Shown here: positions 36,346-47,900 of the stretch, piece by piece
Numbering within the stretch: the first letter of the stretch is position 1
Layout: each line of letters starts with the position of its first letter
Assembly: GCA_047967505.1 (NCBI GenBank)
Contig: CM106538.1
Strand: one strand, 5' to 3'
DNA length: 64,000 nt
Source: Dipteris shenzhenensis
Lineage: Eukaryota
The notes under the pieces: model-generated
What the model was told of the DNA's origin: nothing
Database searches by the model: none
The model's input: the letters and a program-made list of their open reading frames with translations, nothing else
Translations under genes and position numbers: made by a program

Positions 36346-36824
36346 TAGAGAGGGAGAAAGATAGTGGACCAAAGCAAGAGGGGCAAGAGCAACTACCACC
36401 AAATGAGTTTCCACATTTGAAAAATAGAGGGAGAATGGATCTGGACCAGAGAAGAGGAGGGGGCAGAACTACAACAAGCTGAGAGGGGGGTAAAATTCAC
36501 CTAGAAGGACCCACTACATCTTCTTAAATGAGTTATAGGATTATCTCGAGGAGGTGCATATGGGAGGAGGGTCAAGCATGGGTTGAGGGGGGGGGGGGAT
36601 GGTTTGAGTGGTCCCCGGTGTAAGAGGAGTAGCTAACATTAGGGGAGAATTGAGGTCTCAAAAGAGCCTCATAAGGAATGGATTAGGGAATTCTTAGTGG
36701 GATAATGCAAGGGGCTTGGAGGGTCCCAAAGAGGCCTAACCAGCCCAACCTAGGTGGGTTAAGCCCACATTTGAGCCCACCTTTCCCCCCATCAATGAGA
36801 GGGGACCACTTTTTGAAATTTGAA

Positions 36825-37310
36825 TTTCTCCCTCTCTATCTCCCTCTCCCTCCCTCCCTCTCTCTCCATCCCCCTCCTCCCTCCCTCCTCCGTCCCTCCC
36901 TCCCTCCACCTCCTTCTCTCCTCCTCCCTCTCCCTCTCCCTCCCTCGCCCTCCCTCCTCGTCTCCCCTCCTCCATCTTGCTCCTCCTCCTCCCTCCTCCC
37001 TCTCCCCTCCTCCTTCTCCTTCTGGCTCCTCCTCCCTCCTTCCTCTCCCCTCCTTCCTCTCCCCTCCTTCTCCATCCACCCAGGCTCCCTCTCCTCTGCT
37101 CCTCCCTCCTGCAGAATCTCTCCCCTCCTCCTCCCTCCTGTAGCAACTCTCCCCTCCTCCTCCCTTCTGTAGCAACTCCTTCCCTCTCTTCTACACCTGT
37201 CGCCCTACTCTCCTCCTCTTCCTCTTGCCCTAATCTACTTCTCCTCCTCCCTCTTCCTTGCTACTCTCTCCCTCTCACTGCTCCATCTTTGCCAGCTCTC
37301 CCCTACATTT
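36825..37310. repeat. Polypyrimidine (CCT/CT) low-complexity tract upstream of the transposase-like ORF
   Basis: Almost entirely C/T; includes a repeat of about 29 bp at 37095-37180. Confidence 0.9.
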
Positions 37311-37345
37311 TAGTCTGCATCATTGATACCTTTCTTTGAGTACTT

Positions 37346-38735
37346 ATGGCACCATTCGAGGACATATCCAACAAGTACCATGTGAATCTACAACTGGAGG
37401 TAGAATATGCAAGCACACGCCATTTGGGATATAGTAGAACTCCTCAAAGTGTGCTCCACAATCTTCGATTGCAAGGGGAGAAGCATCTTGACCTTTGGGT
37501 GGATGGAAACTTGTATCCTTTAGACCCTGCCACCCAAAAAAGTCCTCCTTTTCATACAATGCATGATGTTGTTCGGTTTGTTGGCAATGGACATGCTGGA
37601 TTGCTCGGTTATTGCAATCAATTGAACCATTCTCAGACATTGGCTATGCAAGCAAGCTAGGTGCAGAGAGCCCAAGCAGAAGAACTTGCACATTTGGGAA
37701 ATATTACTATTGTGGCAATGCATGATAGTATGCAGGATCTCCAATTACAAAACAAAGAACTCAGTGGACAAAGCACGTGCATTGGACTTGGAGGGACAAG
37801 AATTGGAAGAATCAATCCAGAAGCTTGTTGAAAGGAAACAAGATTTGGAAAGATCTATCTATGGTCAAGTTCAATGTGCTGTGGAGAAGGAACGAGAGAA
37901 ATTGATAGAATGAGTACAAAAGTTGAAGGGAACACCTTTGGGACTGAAGGAGAGGAAAAGGCAATTGCAATCTATGGATGCATTGTCAACCAATAGTGGT
38001 GCCCAAAAGAGGAGAATATGGGCTGCAAGGTTAGTTCCCCAAATTTTCAATGAAATTTCTTACTCCAAAATATTTGTGGTGTTGCATTATTTCCACTAAG
38101 ACTCATTTGTACTCTACTTTAGGAATTTCATGGAGGATGTGATGGGAACAATGGAAATGGATGATAGTGATCCTTCATATGTTCTAAGAAGTTTAATAAA
38201 GCCAAGTGATGTCATTGAAGTGTTGAAGGACCCTAGACAAAAAGGGCTATGTGAACAAGTTGCTAGAGAGGTAATGAAGGACTTCAAGGGCCTCGTGCAA
38301 GAAAAGGAGGTGCTTGGAGCTTGTGATGCTGCTGGTGTAAGCCGTGAAGCTTATAGCTCTGTTTTTAAAATTTTCAAGTCTGCTATGGAGGAAAAGTATA
38401 AGATATCTACAATGCCATTGCCAACACCGTGGTATGTAAGGCTTGCATGTCAAGAAACAAACCAATGTGGTAGAGAAAAGCTTGGAGGATACCATTGTGT
38501 AAGTGGCACAATGACTTGGAAGAGTAAAAAGAAATATGGGATCCAAACGTTTGAGATGAATACTTTCAATAATGTTTACATGGATGTAGAGAATTTGCAA
38601 AGAGCCATGGTCAAATTCTATGGGATGAGAGAAAGTAAGAGAAATTTCCTCTTCGCATTCAACTTTATTTCTTCTCATTTCTATATCCTTACTGTATTTA
38701 TCTTTCATTGTAGAGATGGCAAGCTAGTATTTGTC
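37346..38735 (+). mobile_element. Spliced DNA-transposase relic with RAG1/Transib-like N-terminal core, truncated before the catalytic Asp
   Basis: Coiled coil, then KERKRQLQSMDALSTNSGAQKRRIWAAR, intron 38030-38122 (in frame), then GACDAAGVSREAYSSVFK..MPLPTPWYVRLA..N..QRAMVKFY, probable intron about 38635-38713, GKLVFV. Confidence 0.55.
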
Positions 38736-38954
38736 ACAGACACACACACATTAACATACACACACGCACGCATGCACGCACACATAGGGCTAGAGGAAGA
38801 TCTCCTTGGGCATGCACATTCTGAAGGGGTTGACCCAACAAGGATTGGAAAAAGTGATAAATATCCATAGAGGAATGCCCATACAGGTGAGAGTTTTAGG
38901 CGTGATATAAAGACCGTAAAGCCATCCGGTCTAATCCCCCCCCCCCAAACACAT

Positions 38955-39017
<63 letters not shown>
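38955..39017. repeat. (CA)n microsatellite
   Basis: Directly visible. Confidence 0.97.
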
Positions 39018-39018
<1 letters not shown>

Positions 39019-39402
39019 CTCTAAACTTTTCCCCCTTTATGTCCAACATTTCTTGTTGAGAAAAGATCAAGTGTATCCTTTTAAATCATTTAAATTGAGT
39101 GTTCTAAAATTTGGGATAAAAGTGTGTTAAAGCATGGTGTGTTACAATCTAAAAAATACGCATTAACTTCAAGCTAGGCATTGTTCTCCCCTGCATTGAA
39201 AATTAATACTGTTATACATAATGTTGATGCTACTTGATTCTACAAGATGAAATAATATTTCAAGAAACATTTTACTTTTTAAAAAATATTATTGCCTATG
39301 AAATAAAAAAGTTTTCTTAAATATGAAGTATGCAAATGCAAGTCATGATTAAATTTCCACCATTTGGACAAATACGTTGATTAAATAATTACATTGCATT
39401 CA

Positions 39403-39657
39403 TTAATCTTCATTTACAAGGAATATATTTTTTCTATGTGTGCCATCTTTCTTGTTAACTTGAGATACATTGGAATCTTTAAAGAAAGACTCTAGAGGTA
39501 TTTCTTTCACATTCTCTATAGGAATTTCTTCAACAATCATGGGGATTTCAAATGCAATGTTTGAATGAAGATCCTCAAATGGATTCACAATTGGAGAAGC
39601 CCCAAAATCAAAGCTTGTCTCTCTTTCTTCCACTTTTGACCAAGCAGGGTTGAAAAC
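39403..39657 (-). CDS. GEX2: GEX2-like probable terminal exon (cytoplasmic tail)
   Basis: TAG acceptor, phase 0, 85 codons to TAA; no conserved motif. Confidence 0.65.
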   Translation of the reverse strand, partial: VFNPAWSKVEERETSFDFGASPIVNPFEDLHSNIAFEIPMIVEEIPIENVKEIPLESFFKDSNVSQVNKKDGTHRKNIFLVNED

Positions 39658-42600
39658 CTATAATCATTTGATAGAAAGATAATAAGAGACAGCTTTTAAT
39701 AGGAATTTAGCATCCAAATATATACATGATCAACAAAAATGGGCAAGAACTTTTTGCATGTTTTACTCTTGAAAATGGGTCTACAAATCTACTTTAATAT
39801 TTAAAAATAGAGGAATAATCTTGAACAAATGACATGTGATAACTATATGTGTACTTGATTATCATATTACAACCATAGGATTCAATAAGGATTTATTAAG
39901 TCTCAATAGCCATATTCTTATAACCATGCACTTGATTACAGCCATAGTGTTTCCATAGGGATTTCTTAAGTATCATGTGCAAAGATATCCTTATATTATA
40001 TTTTGTTTCAAGATATAGATCAATACATATTCATTGATTTATTAAGACATTTTTCACACATGATCGCTTTTCTTAGGAATCAAGGATAAATGCTCAACAT
40101 AGAGACATACACTAATTTACTTTTGTCAAAGGCAAATTCAAGTGTGTGTCAAACATAAGGATACATTTTTTAAAACATTTAAAATAGGGAAAATTTTGAT
40201 CAAAAGCAATTATAATTTCCCTTTTCTTTACCACAGGATCTCTTTGTTCCTTTATTTATCCAACTTTTTTTCTTTATTCAACTTTAATTATAATTGGTCT
40301 TTTCTTTACCTTAAGATCTCTTTATTCCTTTATTTATCCAACTTTAATTGAGCAAAATTTAGTTGATTATAACCATAGTGTTTCCATAGGGATTTGTTAA
40401 GTCTCATGTGCAAAGATATCCTGATATTTTTTTTTTTTCAAGATATAGATCAATACATATTCATTGATTCATTAACACATTTTTCACACATGATCGCTTT
40501 TCTTAGGAGTCAAGGATAAATGCTCAACATAGAGACATATGTTAATTTATTTTTTTCAAAGACAAATTCAAGTGTGTGTCAAATTTGCATAAGGATACAT
40601 TTTCAAACCATTTAAAATAGGGAAAATTTTGATCAAAAGCAGTTATAATTTCCCTTTTCTTTACCACAAGATCTCTTTGTTCCTTTATTTATCCAACTTT
40701 TTTTCTTAATTCAACTTTAATTATAATTGGTCTTTTCTTTACTACAAGATCTCTTTATTCCTTTATTTATCCAACTTTAATTGAGCAAAATTTAGTTACA
40801 ATCTTGGATTTTCATGAGTTAAGATGAGCGCTTGTATCTAAGTGATTATCGATAATGAGAATCCAATAAAATTTCATCAAAAAAAGAATTTTAAAATGGC
40901 TCAAATTACAAGGGCCTACTTTATGTATGGATAATTTTTCCCCTATTCCATGTATGGAATTTTTTTGGGTATTACATCTCATTACAAAATAGGTGGATAA
41001 ATATGCAAATACTTGACCCACATAATAGATGAAATGTATACTCCTTAAAGAATATTTCACTTCTTAAAATATAAGCTATTTGTAAATCTCATGTAAACAT
41101 AAGCTCAATCAAGTCTATATAGAATAATGATAATTTTTTAGAGCCAAGTTTTGCATAACTAGTCAATAAAAGGTGCTCTATGGGGAACATAATTTAAAGG
41201 AAAATAGTAGTGGATCCAAAGCTTTATAACACATAACCCTATTAAGGATTAATCTCCTCCTTTTCATATATGATAAAGCTATATTTTTGTGTGGCACAAA
41301 TGTCATTAATCATATGCTAGTGTATACATGTCAAATATGATGTACATGTTCCCCTCTACAAGCCCCTATTATAGCAAAATAAAAGTTCATGATTAATTTT
41401 CAAGGGTGGATTCATTAACGTCACAACTTTTTATGAGCTATGTTACATAAAAGGGAGATAAAAATGACTTGAGATAAAAATCATGAAATATATCCTAGAG
41501 TTTCAAGATTCTTAGTTCACCATGTCTAGCTTTGATGATAGATTATCATTCTCAAATTTAACACAAGCACTTTAGCCCCTTCATTACCTTTCAAGCTCTA
41601 CTCTCAAGTTTATGTGCAAGTGGGACTTAGAGACATAAGTGAAGAGGGGTACATTGAGAAACTAGTGAAATAGGGGAGAAGATGTAAGATAGAAAAAAGA
41701 AAGGGTTGAAGAGACCATGGAAGAGGAGATAAAGGGAGGGGGGGACAAATAGGCATTGGAGGTAATGCTAATATTACATCTAAGATTTTGCCTCCATAAA
41801 AGAATTTCCATTAAAGTGGAGATAGAATAAAGTAGCATTCTTAATTAGATATAGTGTATGATTTCTTTACTTTTATTTACATTAGTTCACCTATGACTTG
41901 TAATCAACCAAGCTTTCTATATCCCATCTTACAAATTATAGAAATTGGTCTCCTTGAAACATGCAATATTTCTAATGTGTAGAGAGTTAAATATCAAGCT
42001 TATGATACACATAGAAACTTGACCATGTCTATACTATAATAGGATTAGCATTATTCTAGTACATAAATATTCAACGGATGAAATTGACAAGTTGCTTCAC
42101 AATGTTTATTGTTGGCTAGATTGGGAACATAAATTATATGAGTAGATCCTAGAGAAAAAAGCTTGGAAAAGCTTTTAGATAATGATGATATTATTGATAG
42201 GGAAGAAACCATAAACAAATGATAATAGTTACATTCTAAACTATTACTTTTTAAATAAAGATGAAGATTAATATTACCCTTGTCATTTTTATCTCGTCTT
42301 CTTCAATACTTTCCTCTTCCTTGAAACCATATGCGAGTTGTCGTCGATAGCGCAATATCAAGATAACTATGTAGATGGTTACAATGAAACAACAGATCAA
42401 GCTAGCTGCAAGCTTTGCTCTTATGTCTGTGAGAAAGATAGTATCATATGGCTAGGAATGCAAACTCAATTTAACTTGGACATGTAAAGTATTTCTAGCC
42501 TATCATATCTATAGAACAATTAAATCTCATCATGAAAGCAATTATACCTGGAGGTACAGCCTCAAAAGTTAGATATATGTGTGCAATGCTCTCAAGTGGT

Positions 42601-42883
42601 ACTGAATCATTTTTTGTACAATCCCCGTAGCAACCAAAGTTGCCCATGTCATTTACTATGATAGTAAGTAGAATTTTATTTGGCATTTTCTAGAAAAAAC
42701 ACAATCACTTTTAAAAACATTTTCAAGGCCCTGGTTAGCAAACAAAAACACAACGATGACAAAATAGTAATGTACATTGATCAAATAAAGCATGGAAGTA
42801 ATAATTATTTTCATTTCATATATTTATTATGTAAAATTTCCTTTAAATTACTAATAATATTCTTATTGGAACGATTTAATTAA

Positions 42884-42955
<72 letters not shown>

Positions 42956-44543
42956 CTATCTTTAATTTTGTTTTACTAATATCTATGTCCTACAAATATC
43001 CCTTGATCCTAAAGACTTTGGGATGGCAATTGCTCCTACATTTGCCCCATTTGAGGAATATTTCTTTGTAGTTAACTTCTAGGTCTCAAGTAGGACAATA
43101 TGTGGTTCCCTTTTGTTCTCATTATAGTATTTGGTTCCCTTTTGTTCTTTGTTCTAGTTTTTTCTTGCTCATGGAATTTTGCTGACGGAGTGCACAACTT
43201 CTTCCACATCTATACACAAACTAGATCATCCATGTGTTCCTTTATTATAGGGTAGTTGTAGCTCTCTATCTAGCAAAAGATAATATAATGGCTATGATTC
43301 TTTTTTCTATTTTTAATCCAACAATTGGTTATGTGTGTTACGTCTTGCTTCCATTATCTAGGTTTATGATTCTATCTAATTTGCTTGCTTATCTCATATA
43401 TTTTAATGCATCTAGTGGGAACATGTCCTTGCTAAATACTAAATCAATCATAAATTCTACTTTGTAGAATGATTATCCATGAGTAACAAACCTCATTAGA
43501 TGGCTAAAACTTGTACCCTATCATGCACATGAAGGTTTTACCCTATCCTCTTCTTTTTTTCTTTGTTAACATAAAACTCTGGGGGGGGTGAGTAACCAAA
43601 TGCATTTTGTCATTTTTCTCTACTATAGTAGAAAATGGATTCTCATGTATATTGTTTGGCAAGTGAAATAGAATTGTGATGTGGGATGAGGAAAAGGCTA
43701 TCAATTCTTAATTCATGGGGTCAGAGAAGAATGATGAATAATATTAATGGGATGGGTTGGCATAACAGTAAAGATAATGCATATAATCTAGATGAGTTAG
43801 TAGTTACTACTTTGTGATTCTTGTCCATAGCTTTGGGGCCACTAACCAAGGAAATTTCAATAGGTTTGGATCATGCCCCAAAATTTTAATGCAAGTACTT
43901 CTTAATAGTGTTGAATTGGCAATATTGTGGTTCTTTTCCTTCACTCATTGCTTAGTTTCAATTAGGACTAATAGGTCCAGATGTGGAGTACCAATTTTGG
44001 AAGTTTCTCCTATCTACATTCTTGTGACTTCATTTTGACTGTTGTTATTCTATGGCCTCTTTTAGTGAGGAGGGATTGCCCATCTTGTTTCACTTCATAA
44101 AAGTTCATTCATATCTTGATATATTGCTTGTGCAATAATGCAATAATTTTTTGAATAGATCAAACTTTTTAATGATTTCTTGGGGACACCAATACCACAT
44201 TCCATATAATTTAAAAAACACTATGTCCTTTTTCATAAGGTTAACAGATTGTTGTTTTCCTTTTCTTACAACATGCTTACTCTCAATACCAATCACATGT
44301 AGATAAGAACATTGATACCTATCTTCCCAAAAAAGACTAACTTATGTTACTTTATGTTGGATTGTGATCACAATTAGGTCCTATCTTTGGAGTAATGATG
44401 TTTATTTATTCTATTACATGTAAAGTATTTTTTCAAGAAGGTCTTAAATGTAATCTTTTTTTCATACCCCTTAGGTTTATTATCTTCCAAAAGCACTACA
44501 TGTATAGGCACCTACTTGCAAGAATGATAGAACTCTCTCTCTT

Positions 44544-44575
<32 letters not shown>

Positions 44576-44872
44576 CATTGATACTTGTCCTCCTAACAAA
44601 GTCTAACTTATGTTACTTTATGTTGCATGGTGAATTAGGTCCTATCTTTGGAGTAATGAAAACTATCTTATCAATGAAGACTAACTTATGTTACTTCACG
44701 TTGGATAGTGATCATAATTAGGTCCTATATTTGGAGTAATGATGTTTATTTATTCTATTATGTGTAAAGTATTTTTCCAAGAAGGTCTACAATGTACAAT
44801 CCATTTCTCATACCCCTTAGGTTTCTTATCTTCCAACAACACTACCTATGTAGGCACCTCTTTGCAAGAAAT

Positions 44873-44939
<67 letters not shown>

Positions 44940-47900
44940 CCTCCCCCCTCCTTCTATGCAGAGCCTATGTCTCCTTCTAACATGATTATGCTTGTTCTTA
45001 GATTAAGAATTGGAGGTTCATATGCAAAGTACTACAAGACCTATAGATAAACTATCAAAGAGTAGCAGTGAATATTGATACTTGTTCTAAGATATATCAT
45101 CTTGATGCTCTTGGGCATGATGTTTGGGTAAATAATGAAATCATTAAAATAACGAGAGAATAGGAAAGTAATAAGGAAGCTATGAGCAATCAAATAGGAT
45201 AATGTGAGATAAGTGCAATTATGCAAATAATTGTAGGATAAGAGAATAGGAGAGTGGTGGGGAAGCTAAGGAAAAGTAAGGAGGACAATGTGAGATGGGT
45301 GAACAAAGTCTAAGAGCATGTGAAGGAAAGAACATTCAAATAAATAATGGGACAAAAGAATGAAGATAACTGAACAAGTGGAAGGAAAATAGACTTAGAT
45401 GTATGCAAAAAAAGAGCAAGAAACATGAAATTCATAGATTAGCAAAAGAGAAACTAAGCTTAGGAAATTACACTCTTTGGCTTAAAGCTCAAAATTTTCC
45501 TTCTTTATTGAGGAGAATATATTTAATCTATCATTCTAGAGGAACATATGTATTTATATATATTTAAAAGATATAAAGAAAATTTCAATAACTTATAAAT
45601 AATTATAAACAACACATTAGGGTTAATAATGATAAGGAATCAAGAAACATGCATTAGTTATCAAGGAGATGAAATGTAACATACTTTTATTGATCCCCTT
45701 ATGAACTTGAGTGACTTGAGGGCATTATTGCATGAATTTATACTATCTTGAAAATGAACTTTTTGACCAAGGATGATTATTCTTCCCTCCTCAGCATTAG
45801 AATCCATGGGAGTCATCCAAATATTTGAACCTTCCCTTTGTGATATTATTGTGGATATAATGGTTGAGTTTAAGGAAACTGCCAAGCTCCTTTGATTAAC
45901 TTCTAATGATATTTCAAGTTGTAGCTTTTTTATTTTTGCTGCACCAAATTAGAACATTTATGTAAGTTGTAGTTTCTTGATTTTTGCTGTACCAAAATTT
46001 GAACAAGCATGCCAGTTGCTTAAATGTATACATTTTCATAAACTAAACTATGTTCAGGGTATGTATGAATAAGATTAATGCCTAAAATCAATGTGCTAAA
46101 AAAAATTAAGTATAAGAGAACAAAGGCAAAAAATTTCTAAAATGAGATTTCATTAGCTCTTGCTTTCCCTCATAAACATTACTTAATGAAAAAGTCTAAT
46201 TTCATAAATGTAAGCGTGCTTAAAGTTTCTCTTTAAATTCTTTATCGTTTATACACATAAAGACACTCAAATGCACAAGTGCATGTAAACCAACTATGTT
46301 TACATGACCATTTGTGACTATTCAAAGAAATCATTGACATGCACATGCACACAACCATATGTCTTCTCTACAAGTATCATATTTGATCCTCTTGTCCTTG
46401 ATGTTATGTAGTCCCTAGATGCCTATTGATGACAATGGTTATGTAGCTTTAGATTATCCCCCATTACTATGTAGATTCTGGCTTGGTTGCTTGCTATTGC
46501 CGCTTCTGCCTTGAGTTTTGCTCTAATTGACCTCAGTTGATCCTGTCCCCATGCTGTGTAGTCACTTTCTAGGAGAGTCAGTTGTTCTTCAAGCTTATGA
46601 GTTCTCAGTGATCTAGCTTTGTTTGCTCTATGTTTGATTGCTTGCAAGAAGGTTTTAATCCTCTCTGTAGCTCTGATCCACTTATCAATAGCATTGGTTG
46701 TCCCTCCAAAGGCATTTATCCAAATTTTATCAATCTTGTCCCTGACGTACGGAAGCTGGAAAAAAAAAGGATTGGCTTTGAACCACGAACGGCCAGTGCT
46801 CCTCTCTTCCTTTTCCAAAACTAAGGAGATAGGCTTATAATCCAAAAAGGGAAGGGTGCACAACAATCTACTACCTGCACACTCTAAAAGAGACGGATTT
46901 TGGATATAGAGGATGTGTAGAATTTTTTAGAGTATGCCATGCAGATGACCAAGTTCTCTCCGCTCGAGTTGGAATGGCTAGAGCTGCTCCAAAGCATAGT
47001 CATCCACTCCCAGTACAAGTGCAACATGAAGGACTACTGTCTTTGGTACCACAATGCCAATGCTTATCAAGCTCTTCAAGATCTAGATGATGTGGTACCC
47101 CTAATCCAGGCAATCGGTCTACATACAGTGGCAAGTAGGTTCCCTTGCCATTTGAATCTATAGTAGGTGGTCAAATTTGTGGATAGGTACAACCAGTCAA
47201 TGAGCACAACAAGATGGCTTCATGCTAATGGAGAATACCACCATTATCACTTTATAGTGAAAACTGTCTCGTGATTTCAGGCTCCCTATCGTCTCCAAGC
47301 CATATGCAAACTTAAGGAATATGGACAAGTAGCTTGTAGAGGTGGTCCACTACATTACAAAATTACATAGAGGCGGTGTCCCTATTAGCTTGATTTAAAA
47401 TGTAACATTGGCAAATGCAACTCGGGTAGTAACTCTCCTCACCTAGATCCAGTTGATGGAACATCATAATGTAGTCCTACCCAATCTCTTGACACACCTT
47501 CAACTGGGCAGACTTCTTTTATAGGAAATTAATCGACATCTAAATTCATGGGGAAAAAATAAAAAATCCGATGTTCATCATGCCCATTATCCGCCACCTA
47601 TCCAATGACCCTATTCTAGAGGGGTATGGTGATGTGGCAAGAGATATTTCCTTATTATCAACCCCAGTTGGTCTATGCCAACCAAACCATCACCCAAAAA
47701 GAGAAGGGAGGAGCACAACAAGTAGGCCGAAGATGAAGTAGTTGCTAAAAGGTAGCAAGATGAAGAAGCCACCAAATGACAGCAACAAGAGGAGGCAAAA
47801 GCTAAAAGACTCCAAGATGAGGAAGTGGCAAAAAGCGATAGGACAATCTCCTCTAGCAATAAGCAGAGCTCTAGAGGATCCGTGAAGAGAAAGCCCACAA

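Noticed and set aside
36705-37339. Pro/Ser/Leu-rich or Gly/Glu/Arg-rich ORFs resembling extensins (similar purine-tract ORFs at 17786-18251)
   Set aside because: Low-complexity tracts open in several frames; no domain or splice support.
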